Shown: in pieces, positions 46,197 through 59,799 of the stretch | How the letters are laid out: every line of letters starts with the position of its first letter | Numbering within the stretch: position 1 is the first letter of the stretch | DNA from: the human T2T-CHM13v2.0 reference genome, Homo sapiens | Assembly: GCF_009914755.1 (NCBI RefSeq) | Contig: NC_060931.1 | DNA: 64,000 bases | Direction: 5' to 3' (one strand) | Made by a program: the position numbers and the translations under genes | The notes under the pieces: model-generated | What the model saw: only the letters and a program-made list of their open reading frames with translations | Told to the model about the DNA's origin: nothing | Database searches by the model: none

Positions 46197-49100
46197 GCTA
46201 ACCCATATGTTACATGTCAATGGAGACCTTTAGAGAAACTTCCTCCCTGATGTTTCTGCCCAGTTTGAACCTTGATGTTCCAGGTACTTTTTATACAAGT
46301 TTGTTTCCCCTTGTGTTTTCTTGCTCAGTTTGAGTCTCACTAGCTTCTTTTCATCCACTTAGGGGTCATTTCCCTGTGTTCCTTCTGCTTGGCCCAAGTG
46401 ATTAGACACTGACCTAAAGTATCTTGTTGGATTCAGCAATTTGCCTGTTTCCTTCAACTTACACATTACTAAGGCTACAACTGGATTTTTCATTTCTATG
46501 TACCACTCATCAGTAATTCCTTCCCTGGTGGCCCTGCTGATTTATAATATTGTCATTCATAGTTCCTGTGATTTTGAACTTTACCATAAAGTATGAACAG
46601 GCTTCACTTCTAATGCAAGACATCTGAGTAAAAGGTCAGTGAAACACAATACAACCACCTGGCTAAACTTCTGAAAGAGATTCATGAACACTCATGTGGG
46701 TGTGCAAATGCAGGAAATTTCCATGTAAGGAGCTATGAAACAATGAACATCAAAATTCCAACAAGGCAGGAAGTAAGAAAATGTTAACCTTGTCTTCTCC
46801 CGGCATGGGGCATTTACTGCAAGTATAGGAAGCAACTGTTGAATAAAGGATTTCTGAAAAAAGGGGAAAGTCTAGTAGCATTCAACCTTGAAGTTAGCTC
46901 TTTCCTGCCTAAAACCAAGGTTATTTTTAAGTCTTCTCTACCATGTAACTGCAGAGAAGGCTTTACTTTTCTAAGCAAAAATTTTTTTTCTCCTTTGACA
47001 GAGAGCAACCATAATGTAAGAAAATTACATTCCCCACTGCTCATGCATTTCTCAAATATGGTAGGATGCTTGTTATTCTATTGGGAATTCTGAACAAACA
47101 GGCATTGATGACTGGGTAAAATTGGCAACCAAGGACAGAAGCAGCTGAAGACCTGCACAACCGAAGGCAGTGGGACAGGAAGCCTGTTGCTGCGTGAATG
47201 TGTTGCCATCTTACCACCTGTGGTGTTTAATACCTCCCTCTCCGCTTCTCATCAGGCTCCAGCCTTGCTCCCTGTCACCAGGAAGGTCCAATCCCTGCTA
47301 GCACAGGCCACATTCTGAACAGCTTGATGCCACCTCTATTGGGAGGACATGATGATTGTAATATTTAGGATTAATCTACAATGATCAAGGTGGAGACAAA
47401 GAGGAGTAATCCTAGCTCATCTGATGAGGCTTTTTAAAGGCTAACCCTCCAAGCCTGTTTTCTGAGACTTTGCAAACATCATACCTAATGTCCAACATTT
47501 TTGCGAGGCTGAAATGAAAAGTGTGTGTGAGGCACCTGGTACTGTACCTAGTATAGTACACACTCCATAAATATTAAAGTCTGTCCCTGAAATCCTCAAG
47601 CAGCAAATGACAATATGAACATTTTCTTATCAATCTATGGAAATAATAGATTAATAGGGGCTGAGGGACATTGAGAACAGCCAGTTCTGCCATAGAAGAG
47701 CCATTAGGGCACATTTTGGCATTGCCCCACCATTAAGGTCATTGTTTCAACTATTTTCATCCTAGACTCTTAGTTTGACAAACACATATAGATACCAAAG
47801 GCAAGATTTTCACTCTTTTTTTTGCTTACAGTTTTGCCTGTAAGTTGTGAAAATGAGAAAGAGAATGCTCATTATTTTATGTTGGATTCTGAACAAATAG
47901 GCATCAATATCTCAAGTAATTAATGTAACGTGTTTAGGCAAAATTGTGCTTGAAATATACAGCAGTCTGGATGTTACCACCCCCTTTGTTAATATGACCA
48001 ACATAGAAAATGATGTATCTATGTGAAACATAATAAATTATCAAGAATATAGTCTGTTTTCTAGCTAAATATGTTAACCGCATACTTTTTTTCTGTACCT
48101 GAAAACATTCATTAAACATCTGTTAGCAAAAGGGCACAAACTAGTTTATATAGCCATCCTGTTCTGTGGGCTTGATGATGTTGACTTAACTGGAGGCAGA
48201 CATGTCAACATGCTAGAACCAGGATTCTTCACCCTAAATGTTCATCAGGAAAAAATTATTCCTCAATCAATAGCTGTTCACAAGATTTTAGTCATAAAGT
48301 GTCCTGCGCCATCCTACGTTATTCACTTTTTTCTCCTCTCTATTCTAAGTGAAATCACCTAGCCCAGGAACCCTTCCCAGTGGGCAGTCACAGGGAGAAG
48401 TTTTGTTTCATGGCCGAGAAGAGGACATGCGAACCCAGACCAGCTGTTACATAGGCTTATCAGGGGCTTACAAAGTGGTTTACTGTAAACAGAACCACTG
48501 AGACACTTCAACTCCTTCTTGAACTAGGAATACAGAGAGAATGAGGCAGTTGACAATGAGAGTTGAGACTCACAGGATGGCATGTATAGAGGGAATTTAG
48601 GGTGGCCATAGTGAGCCATAGGCACTGAAGTGGGCCAGGAACAGAAAAAAGAGATGCAGTAAAAAATAAGCAAAGCAAACAAGCAAGCAAACAAACAAAA
48701 AACAGAGTAGAAAACACAGAAATCAGTTGATACCAGAACAGGAAAAAACAGATGCCTGGAATGTTTCAGTTGTATTAATACAAGAGCAGTAGAGCAGAGG
48801 TGTGGATTGTTGCTACTGAAGTCTTTAGAATATCCTTAGGCTCAAGGTCACCCTTCAAATCTAGTGTCCACAAGGAGCTGGCTCCAATTATAACTCATGG
48901 CTTCACCCACTCCTCTTCTTAGCACCCTCATGAGATTTTATCTTCCTTCTTACTCTATGTGTGTTCTTAATAAGCAGCCCTTTTAATTGAACTAACTTGA
49001 GTCTCTGAAACTTGCAACCACAAAAGTTAGCTCTATTTTATTTCTCAGTCATGTGTTTTTCCACATTCGAATATTGAATTTTATCACAGATTTAGGCTCT

Positions 49101-49429
49101 GAACTCTTCTTGCCTCTTTGTGTTAAATGAAGAAGTGGTGCTTCCTAGGATTCTAGAAAGTAGCATAACGAAATAGTAACTGGAAATTCATTATGAGTTT
49201 TTTGGCTTTTCACAAATTGTAGTCCCCATTTTGCCATTCTTCTGCAAATTTGGCTTCATCGTTTCAAGTTTCCCTATGAGTTTTCTCAGCTCTGGTCCTA
49301 GCTGGCCCACATATCTTGTTAAGATAGCTCTGAGTCCCTCTGTTTTCAATGACAGGTTAACTCATGTGCAAAAGGACCACAGTGAAGTCAGGTGCTGCCT
49401 TGTGACTGTCACCTTCCAAAGAAATGTTT

Positions 49430-49900
49430 TTAGTGTTCTTATTATAAAAGTTATATACGCTTATTGAAAAAAATAAGAGACAGCAGAAGAGTAAAAAGAA
49501 AAAAATCATCTATACTTAGAGGAAAATAATCATGGTTAAAATGTATTGTTTTATCCTAATTTCTTTGTACATGTTGAGAAATAGTTGAGATCGTAGGGGA
49601 TATATGTTGCTGAAGCCTCATAACTTACTTAGCACCGTAATATAAACATCTTTCCAAGCTTTAAAAAACTCTTTGTAAACATTAGTCTTAATCATGGCAC
49701 AACAGTCCACCAAATGGAATTTCATCACTTACAATATACTCAATAATTCCACAGTGTTAAACATTTGTTTACAATATTAGGCTAATATAAATAATTATGT
49801 AATGGACATTTAGTCCATGTTTTGAATGATTGTTTTCAGATGGATTTCTGAATGTGTAACCACTGGGAAAGAGTGTACTTTAGCATTTATAAGGCCATTT
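49430..49900 (-). mobile_element. Ancient L1ME 3'-end fragment
   Basis: TTATTATAAAAGTTATATACGCTTATTGAAAAAA...AAAAATCATC... degenerate L1ME 3' UTR pattern. Confidence 0.5.
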
Positions 49901-50429
49901 AAAGGCTCTTTTTTTTTTTAAGAGAAAACTTAGAGGCTGTTGAGATTAAACAGCTTGTCCTTTATGGCATCTAACCAACTATCATGAACACTGGATGGCT
50001 GAATAGCTATCCTGAGACCAAGATGTCAGATGCTCCAATGACTAAGGCTGTTTGTACCCCTACCAAATTTTGTGGTTTGGAAATGTCACACAGTCATAGC
50101 CTGATTTTCTACTCAGAAACTTTGACTAGATGAGCAATCTTGGCTCACCTCAAGTAAGAGTTAGATGAATTCGATTTCTGTGTTGGGTCCTAAAGAGATT
50201 GTTATTAAAAGTGAAAATATGTATCAAAAGTGTTTACATATGCATCCATATAAAATAGCCCCCTCCATCTTCAAGACCAGTTGTGTGGCAGGAGATGGGA
50301 GAGGAGCTCGGACTGGTAAGAAAAAGCTCTGCATGACCCAATCCCACCTCTGCTTCTAGGAGAGAAATCTGCATTTACCTTCTACATATTTTTCCTCTGG
50401 ATGAACTACCTTTTGAAGAAATTGTACTT

Positions 50430-50458
50430 GGGAGCTGGGTGGGGGAGGGGGTGGGAGG
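50430..50458 (+). other. Potential G-quadruplex motif
   Basis: GGGAGCTGGGTGGGGGAGGGGGTGGG: five G>=3 tracts, three of the loops 1 nt long. Confidence 0.7.
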
Positions 50459-50677
50459 AATTCAAAAGCACCAATCTCAATATAGGTTTGTAAAAGAGAA
50501 GCTGAATACGTTTAGCTGCTTTCTTAATTTTACTGTAGTCCCATGACTTTGTTTGAAGAACAATCCATTTTCAAACTCTCTAAAAATACAACTTTAATGC
50601 ATGTATCAAAATACATAAAGAGAAATATAAGTGATAAGAGGATTTATGACTTGTTATTTAATTTTCTTTTCAACATC

Positions 50678-50912
50678 TTTTTCTTTCTTTTTATTTTTTG
50701 AGTTGGGGTCTGGGTTCAATGGATCCTCCCACCTCAGCCTCCAGAGTCTCTGGGGTTACAGGTGCGTGCCACCATATCCAGCTAATTCTTTTTGCACAGA
50801 TGGAGTCTCACTGTGTTGCCCAGGCTGGCCTCCAACTCCTGACCTCAAGCAATACTCCTGCCTTGGCCTCCCAAAGTGCTGGGATTACAGGTATGAGCCA
50901 CTGCATCTGGCC
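50678..50912 (-). mobile_element. AluJ with an internal deletion in the right arm
   Basis: TTTGAGTTGGGGTCT joins directly to GGGTTCAA...; the left arm is intact; TSD TCAACATC on both sides. Confidence 0.85.
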
Positions 50913-51124
50913 TATCAACATCCATGTTTAAATGATTTTTAAAAATATTCCGTGTTGGATAAGGGCCTTTTATGTACAAACCTCTAGAAATTCTATTACT
51001 GAGGCATTGTGGTACTTGTAGTCTTCTAGAACTGTTTCTCAAACAAAATAGCTGATTCTCCAATGACATAAAATGTCCATGAGAAAACAGCAGCATCACA
51101 CAGAAAACAAGTTACAGAAGCTGC

Positions 51125-51830
51125 AGTTGTTCATTCATTCACTCAACAGACATATTTGAGGGCCTCCTGTGTACCATGTGTTGTGCTAGATGCTGACTAT
51201 ACAACATTAACCAAGGCCTAGTTTTGTCCTCAGGAACTTATAGCCTTATGAGGAAACATGCACAACAAAAATAAAAATAGCACAGGGTAAATGTTAACAT
51301 GGAAACTTTGTGGGGTGAAGGGGGAATAGAGAAGAAACGTACATCTCTTAGGGAGAAAATGGGAAAAATTTACAAGGAAGGAAAAATTGAGCTGAGGACA
51401 GGGCTGGGTTCATGGCATGCACATGTCACCTAAAGCCAGCTTCTACAGCGTCTCATGCTTAGCTCAGTGCTCTACTCTTGCTATCTTGAAATTCTTCATA
51501 CTTTTTAAACAAGGGGACTGTATTTTCATTTTATACTGGACCCCCAAAATTATGTGCAGTAGCTGGTCCTGGCCGAGCTAGGTGATGAAGTGGGTGAAAG
51601 TTTCTTAAGCAAATGGAGTAGTAAGAGATGGAAATGTGAAAGAATGGGAAATGTAAAATCTACTGAGTTGTGTAATTTGACTAAGTTACATGTTGGGGTG
51701 GAGCTGGAAGTGTAGAGATGATGAGGTAAGGCAAATCGTAGGACCTGGATCTTGAAGGGTCTTGGGTTTGTTGCAAAAGAGCTTAGATTTTATCCCATGA
51801 GTGATATAGTCATTCAAAATTTTGACTGAG
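51125..51830 (-). mobile_element. LINE-2 3' region, split by MER45A
   Basis: TTCATTCATTCACTCAACAGACATATTTGAGGGCCTCCTGTGTACCA...; GAGCTTAGATTTTATCC. Confidence 0.75.
51399..51571 (+). mobile_element. MER45A-like hAT-Tip100 MITE
   Basis: CAGGGCTGGGTTCATGG...TCTTGAAATTCTT...AACAAGGGG...TTTTCATTTT...AAATTATGT...GCTGGTCCTG. Confidence 0.75.
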
Positions 51831-52014
51831 TAAGTAGCAAGAGTACATAGAATGAGAAAAGCAGCAGGCCTAGCAGTGTACTCTGGAAAAAATTAAAATA
51901 CAAGGCTTGGGTAGGGAAATTGGAATCAATAAAGTAAAGAGAGAGAATGCATGAAAGGCTACATGACTGGGAGAGTAGCATTACATGCTAACCAAAAGAA
52001 CAAGCTTTAATCAG

Positions 52015-52600
<586 letters not shown>

Positions 52601-54834
52601 GAAAGGAAGGGGCAGTCAACAGCAGCAGGGAAGGGGTGATTGCATTGCTCATCCTCACAGCCCATTGCAGCTGCACCTTAGCCATGTTCCTGTCCTCTTG
52701 GTCCAGGTGTTCTCCCTAGTCCTCTCACCTTCCTTTGTGCATGTCTCCTGTGGGTTTCTCTTTACCATTCCAAAGTAGTCCCAGGCATCCTAAAGGCACT
52801 CCATCCTTCTATTGGCAAGGATTGGGCAAGAATTGATGAAAACTCAAAGCAGAGTCTGACAGATCACCAGCTTGCCATGATATGTGATTTAAATCAGCCC
52901 AAACCACCCATGCAAGTACCATGGTTTGGGTGTCAATCAAAATAAGTACTTGGCTTCACACTCCTGTGTCTTCATGCTGTTGTGCTCAACTTTCTCCTTT
53001 CACCTCACAACCTGCTTCGATTCTGCAGCCCCTGCTTCCTGGGGTTCCTGGTCTTGTTGCCTCTCTGCATCCACTCTTTGCCTTGGGACTTGGCAGAGCA
53101 GCCACTCTTGGTGTTCCTGAGGATGTGCCTTCCTGTACCTCCTGGTTCCTTGCATTTCTGGCTTGCCTGACCTAGGTTTGAGCCCTTGGATCCCACTGGA
53201 ATGATTGCTCACTTGGTTTGCTGCCATGAACCCTACCCATCATGATGGTGACACACACTATCTTGTTCTTGCTGCTTTTCAAAACCCCAGAGTCAAATCC
53301 ACCATTTAAAATCAATAATACAAGAGCTATGTCCCTTCTCTTCTACACTTTGACATTTTCCACAAGATGATCGTTTATTGAAGTCCCTACAAATGACAGC
53401 CTGAGGCTGAATGGAGGACAGGACGGTTGTCCTGAGGATACTTCGTGTGGGAATTCTACGTCAATCTTGTCTTCATTTACTCCATCATCTCTGTTCTTGT
53501 GTGACTCTGCTGGGTGGGTTCTCTGTATAAGTGGGCTCTTGCATGAGTCATTTCTCAAGTGAAAATACATTTCCAGTGGCTCATTTTCAAGCTTTAAGAT
53601 AGCATTTTGAACTTTATATACATATAGATATAAGCTTATATATATAATACCCACACATATATATGCTATATATGTGAGGTACATAATTTCAGAAATCCTT
53701 AATTTCTCACATACTTATTTGGTAGTAACATTAAGGGATTATGAAAACATTTTCATTGGACACAGATCCAAATGAAAAAAATAAAAGGGAAAAACACTAT
53801 AGAAATCCCTGGCAAGGCATTGGGTAGTAGGTGCCTGGTATCCATCTAGCTAGACTAGTGTGTACATCTGGCTATGATACAAGTTTTGCCTTCCTAAAAA
53901 AGGTTTGGAACTTTTATGTTAGGAAGGAATGCAGGACAAGATCTTGGTTTCTTAGTTTGGACAAGCTTCCTGTTGAGTGGTTGGAGCTGTGCTAAGAAGC
54001 TGTTTTAAGAGTGTGCATGTGTGCAGGAGGTAAGGACCCAGGCCTGGGAGAGGAACTGAAGGACAGGCAGAGGTTATGACAATGGGAGGATTCACTTGCC
54101 TTGCCATGCCAAGCCTCAGCTGGTGCAGCCTCCAGAGGTCATGTGAGCATCTGTTTCATTGGATTTAGAATGACAAAAAAATATGGTCTCTTGATAATTA
54201 TTTGCCTTAAAAAGAGCTAAATAGTGGCTTTCAATAAATAGTATATTCTCTTAGTTTTTTTCTATAATATAAAATATAAGGTAACATACAAGAAAAATCC
54301 ATCCAGGTTTCCATTAGTCTAAAACCCTTTGCCAATTGTAACTTTTCTCAGGGGGTTTTTCTAGAAGCCATTGGGCCAATTATTGTGCCCTGGAAATGTG
54401 CGAGGGAAGAGCTAGCAAATCGCCCCTGAGATCTGTATCGACTCATCCCTTAGAGACAGCAAACGGCATATCCCCAAGCCCTGAATATCTTCCTGCCAAA
54501 CTCCTCTGGGTGCCTGTGTGATAGACATGTGTCTGATCCACAGGGTGGAGGCACCTGACTCCACCCCTCATTACCATTTTCCTTTCAGTCATGTGCTTTC
54601 AGCTGCACCTGTTGTCATGCTTAGCCCTATAACTGTTTACTTTGATCTTATTGAACTTGCTTGTAATAACTTTTGCGCATTCATTGGACAAGCTATTACC
54701 AGACCCACACAATATTCTTAAGAAATGCATGGTTTAGTCTGAGTAAATAGGCAGGTGAGATATATTTGTAGAGCTTAAAAATAATGAGCTGTTCGGTCAA
54801 TATGTCACCCTTCACAGATAAGTAGCTGATCTTG

Positions 54835-54858
54835 ATATATATATATATATATATATAT
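54835..54858. repeat. (AT)n microsatellite
   Basis: About 12 AT units. Confidence 0.9.
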
Positions 54859-56363
54859 TCTGAAAGTTCATAGGGAATCACTGAATTCACACAAATAAGT
54901 AGATTGGTTTTCAAATTACTTGTGGTGAAAATGAATTTATTCATCCCTTAAATATACCTAATAAATAGCTGCAAATGGGAGAATTGCTTACCTTGAGTTT
55001 TTAAACAATTTAATTCTGTATTTATTATAGGATAATGCTCTTGGTAAGAACGTAAAGCATTAGCTTTGGGAAAAAGAAGATTTACTATTTTCCACTCACT
55101 GATCCATCAAGGAAGACTCTACTCCAAGGCTCTGCTCCTTGTTCATCTATGAAACAAATTACAAGAGAGAATATGGAGTGGACAACGGATGCACCCAGAT
55201 CAGTAGCTAATAATGTCTAAGTCAGTGCCCTGGAGCCAATCTGTTCCTCCTCTCCCCACCCCCATAAATAAAGGCAATGCAATTTCCATCACTTTGAAAG
55301 TCCCTTTTAAATTCTCACTTGAGAATTACTGAGTTAGTGCAAAATGCATACCCTAACAAAACAAAACGAAATAAAGCAAAACAAAACAAATGCCTTGAGT
55401 TCAGTGTACCTACAACCAGATGTAAAGTTTAATTTTTGAGGCAATGGTGTCATAAAGCACCCAATCACTTTTGCTGAGATAAAATTAACTCATTTGCACA
55501 TCCACTCCATGAGACTCCATGTGAATGACCTGTCCCATGCACCTGTTGAGGCACAGCTTGGGGTGGACACCAGGCAAGATCCCAAGATAGGCTAGAACTG
55601 TGGGCAGAAAACCAGCAGGCATGCAGGTCCTGTCCATGAGAGTTTGGGCCCAAGTGCCCAGGGTATTAGTCAGAATAGGCACCCCATTTCCCCTGCTGCT
55701 CACTCCTTCAAATGGAACGAGTGTGCCAGTGACCTTGGTGTGCAGGAATTAACACTTGTAGCTTAAGCATCGGGCAGTCTGAGTTCAGATGCCAGCTGTC
55801 TAGAGGGATGCTGAGAAATGCCAACAGCTCAGAGTCTGAAGACGTGGAAGATCCAGAGTCCTGAGGGAAACTGAGCTGTGTGTAGCCCTGCCCCTGGGAG
55901 ACCAGGGAGATGGGACCTCTAGTGCCAGATCATTCCCAGGAAATTGGAGTGAGCCCTGCACACAGCAATACATCAAATTTTGAGAAGTTCTTATTTTATC
56001 AGACACTAATACTGCTGATTCCTTAAGTGACTTTTTAACAGTTTCTAATTATCAAGAAATGAGGCAGTATCTTTCATTCTAAGAGCCTAACGCCTCATGA
56101 ATTTAAAGAAGACTTTTTAAATTGTAAAAATAATATTATGATAAAGCAAAAACTCAAGCAGTGTAGATAGGTAGCAGATAAAAAGTAAGTCAAATCAGTT
56201 TCTAATATATTTATTTTGTATATACACTAAAATATGGTTCTAATATTTTTTCAATCTTAATCTTGGGTAGTTTAAGGAGAAAATTGTATCATGTCATCTG
56301 TAAAAGTGATAATTGGTATCCTTTCCAGTAGCCTTTTATATCATATTTACATAGTTATACAAT

Positions 56364-56370
<7 letters not shown>

Positions 56371-56408
<38 letters not shown>
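56371..56408 (+). repeat. (AC)n microsatellite
   Basis: About 16 perfect AC units plus a short interrupted tail. Confidence 0.95.
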
Positions 56409-56465
56409 CTGATAGAGTTGGCTTTTCTTTTTTTTTAATTTGATTCTAATGGACGTGCTTCTAGG

Positions 56466-56690
56466 ATAGCATATCCCAAAAAGGTGTATATTAAAAATTG
56501 TTCAAAAGAAGTTTAATATGAGTATTGTGAAAAAGTTCTGCATTCTCAAATAAAAGTGGTAGAAAACACTATATTTAAGAGTTAAACTTGGTGTTTGGAT
56601 TTCTCAGAGCCTTTAATAGGCTAATTAGGACTTTAAGGTGACTCTCCAAGGGGAACTGGTCTGTTTGGCAAACTGGTCCTTGACCTCAGG
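56466..56690. mobile_element. MER103C-like hAT fragment
   Basis: GGATTTCTCAGAGCCTTTAATAGGCTAATT...GTGACTCTCCAAG resembles the MER103C core, read on the strand opposite to the 21.9-kb copy. Confidence 0.5.
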
Positions 56691-57234
56691 ACATATGTAC
56701 ATGAAACTGTTATTAATCTTTTAGTATGTACTATATCACGAACATCTTCCTGTGTTGTTAAATATTCTTCTACAACTGTTTCTAATCAAATATATGGAAG
56801 CTGTTAATTTTCTTACACTCCTAACAGTTTTTGCTTTACATGTTTTCAGGTGCAGTTCAGATTTGTGGCCCTGAATTTTATACAATTTTAGGAGTCACTT
56901 TTTAGACAAAGAGTACAAAGTCAGAAGCACGAAATTGTTAGTATGCCTGTTTGTTTTCTGCTGCTATATCTTGAATGGGAATGTTGTCTGCAATGAACAC
57001 AAAAATCTCTCTCTCTCAATATCTTTGCTTTATTTGATATTAAAATTGATCTCCCTGCCTTCGCTTTTCTCTTTGCTTTATCATTTTGTTTTTGTCAGCT
57101 TCTCTTGTATTTATTAGAAAAATATGAAAACCAAAAGAATTTGCCTTGTAATAAGATACATTAAATTACTTCTGAAAAGGTTTCATGTCATCCACAAATA
57201 AAGAGCTGATTCAGAAAAATTTTAATAGTAGTAA

Positions 57235-57450
57235 TAGTATTTACAGAAACAATTCTAATACTAACAGTGGGTACTCACTATGTGCCAAGCATTGAGTTAT
57301 CTACTTAATATGGATTACGTTTTGATAGCACAAATCCTATAAGATAGGTACTACTAATATTCACATTTCATAGATGAGAACGCTGAGGCATGCAGTATTA
57401 GACAGCCGTGAGTGTGGAGACAGATTCACACGGAGCCCACTGAGAGTCTG
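57235..57450 (-). mobile_element. MIR SINE
   Basis: TACTCACTATGTGCCAAGCATTG...ATCCTATAAGATAGGTACTACT...CATTTCATAGATGAGAACGCTGAGGC. Confidence 0.75.
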
Positions 57451-57719
57451 GCCTTTTATGAGGAAGCTTCCTCCCTCTCTTCAACAAGAAGTCCGGGTCT
57501 GCATCGCCCTGCTGAGGATGCTACTATGCAAACGCAGGGAGTCTACAGATTACAAGTGTAATAACATAATGGAATATTTTATATAAAATCTTGAAACAGA
57601 CAGATTTCACATCAGGAACTGTTAGCATGATGTCATGTGATTCTAATGCCTATTAAATTTTAAAGATCAATCAATAAATTATAAATAAACAAATAGTGAC
57701 CTACAAATGTCTAAGTGAA

Positions 57720-58230
57720 GGTGGGGGCTCCGGGGAGGGGGAGAGAATTTGAAAAGTCTGCTCGACCCCTTGGCAGCGATTCCAAGGCTAAGGGAAGCTC
57801 CCTCTCAGGTGCCTGACAGCAGGAGCAGCCGGATTTTGGAAAGGGAGGAGGCCGGGACGCATGCAGCTTGGTGGGGGCTGTGTCCGAGGTCCGCAGGGAG
57901 AAGCTGAGCGACAGCCCCAGCAGGGACCTACTGCTGGCGCCCACTCCCCGCGGCCGCTGGCCAAGTGTGGGCTCTCGGGTTCGTTTCCACCCAGCGCGGC
58001 GGTGTTATTCGGAGAAGGAAAATAAATGTCTGCGGTTGCTCTGCCGGGCTGCGGGGGCGGTGCCCTGGAAGGAGGGGCTGTGCATCTGCACCATTTCTAG
58101 GAATGTCCGCCCTCTGGGAACCCAGCCCTGAAGTGCTCTGAGAATGAGCCGTGTTTACGGAAAGCCTCTGTCTCATGCTCCGCATTCTCCGTTCTGATTC
58201 TGACCACAGCAAGAGTGGACGCTCTCCACG
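57720..58230. promoter_or_regulatory. Small orphan CpG island; candidate promoter or enhancer
   Basis: About 30 CpG in 510 bp by hand count (19 in 57841-58080), not repeat-derived. NotI site at 57950-57957, GC box GGGGGCGG at about 58053, and TTCN3GAA motifs at 58008 and 58095. Confidence 0.65.
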
Positions 58231-59189
58231 CCTGGAGATTCCCATTCCAGCTTAGCCTTGCCAGGCACCCATTCTTATCAGGGCTGCAAGATCTTTCCCC
58301 TTGGGACCCCAGGGTCCCTACATCCCCTCTCAAGGGCTTAAGCTGCTCTGATTTCAAAAGGCATGCATTAGGGTGCCCCCTCTGCAGCCTAACCACTTCC
58401 CACACTGCGGAGCAGAGCTGCTAACCAGTCCTCTCATTCCTGCTTGCTTTGGCTAGCTTTCAACACCCCAAATCACACACACCAAATGCAGGTGGCTCTA
58501 CCTGGGAAGGGGAAACGATTTATTGTGAGGGGCATTTTGCATGTTGCTCAGTGAGATGAAGGCAAGCTTTGAGGAAAAAGTTCAGCTTTTTATTTGGCCT
58601 CTTATCTTTGAAAGTCTAATTAATGAATCCACAAGTAGAGCATTTACCTGGACATTATAAAATACTTTGGATTTTCCTAGCCTCTGTGCCATCCCCTGAT
58701 GAACCCTGAAGCTCTCTTTTTCATTATGTGTCTCAGAGCAGGCAAACTCCAGGAAGCCCGGGCTGGCGAACGCTTCCCATCAGACAACTCTGTCTGGAGC
58801 CACCATTTGAAAATATCCCCAAGGCTATTGTATTCAACCTTTACTTAAAGATCATTTCTATGAGGCATCCAATTTCTGCGGCTCCCTTGGGCTGCGGTTT
58901 AAGACAGGCTTCACAGTATTTACTGTTTATAGTTTTGAGCTGACAGCTATTTAAGGGCAAGAGATTTCATCTGCCACCATGTCTCACAGCTTTTGCCACC
59001 AACACATTTACCAGACGGAACAAGCTGGAACTTTGTGAAACCAAGGAAACAAGTGTAATATGGTTTAGGGGAAAAAAAATTAAAATTTGGAGTTATTTTC
59101 CTGCTGATTGTTTCTGTGTGCTCCGTCACATTGAATTATGGGGAGCTGGCGTATCAATGGCATCTGTATGGCCTGCAATAATAGCCACT

Positions 59190-59562
59190 TGTTCATCAGA
59201 CATGTAGGATGGTTGGCTCTACTGATCTTGGCTGAGATCATCTACATTCATGGCTGGCTGTTGGCTGGGGTGACTGGGGTGACTGATCTCTGCTTCCCAC
59301 GCCTCTCATCCTCCAGCAGGCTAGCCTGGGCATGTCATCAGAGTAAAGCAGAAGCACAGCAGAAATACTCGCGGTCTCTTGAGACCTAGTCTCAGAATTA
59401 ACTTACCATCAAGTCCAGTGAATTCTAGTCTAAAGAAAGTTCAAGGTCAGCCAATTTTTAAGGCAATGGGAGAATAAACTCTGGAAAGAACTGTAAAGTC
59501 ACAAAAAAAATCACTGGACACAGGGAGGTTTGAAGTATTGGTGCTATTAATATGATCCACCA
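59190..59562 (-). mobile_element. MLT1H-like MaLR LTR
   Basis: GGCTGGCTGTTGGCTGGGG...TCTCATCCTCCAGCAGGCTAGCCTGGGC...AACTGTAAAGTCACA. Confidence 0.7.
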
Positions 59563-59799
59563 TGGTTGTATACATGCCTTTCTCCTCTTCCCTGGAGTTC
59601 TTCCACCATGTCTTATTTATCTTTCTGTTTGCCAGTTCTTAGGACAGCACATGGCATGTAGTCAGTATTCACTAAGCAACCTTGCATTACTTTGCGCATG
59701 AGTGCACATTAGAATAGGCTCCGATACTACAACTACATTTTAATTTTTTTCTTGCAACAATTACATCAGTATTAGAGATGCCTCATTGCCCTCCACCCA

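Noticed and set aside
53434-53503. Possible exon encoding a transmembrane-like peptide (GYFVWEFYVNLVFIYSIISVLV*)
   Set aside because: There is an in-frame stop immediately upstream, no polypyrimidine acceptor and no recognisable homology.
53615-53680. AT-rich inverted repeats (CACATATATA-TGC-TATATATGTG)
   Set aside because: Explained by decayed (TA)n low-complexity sequence, which is self-complementary by nature.
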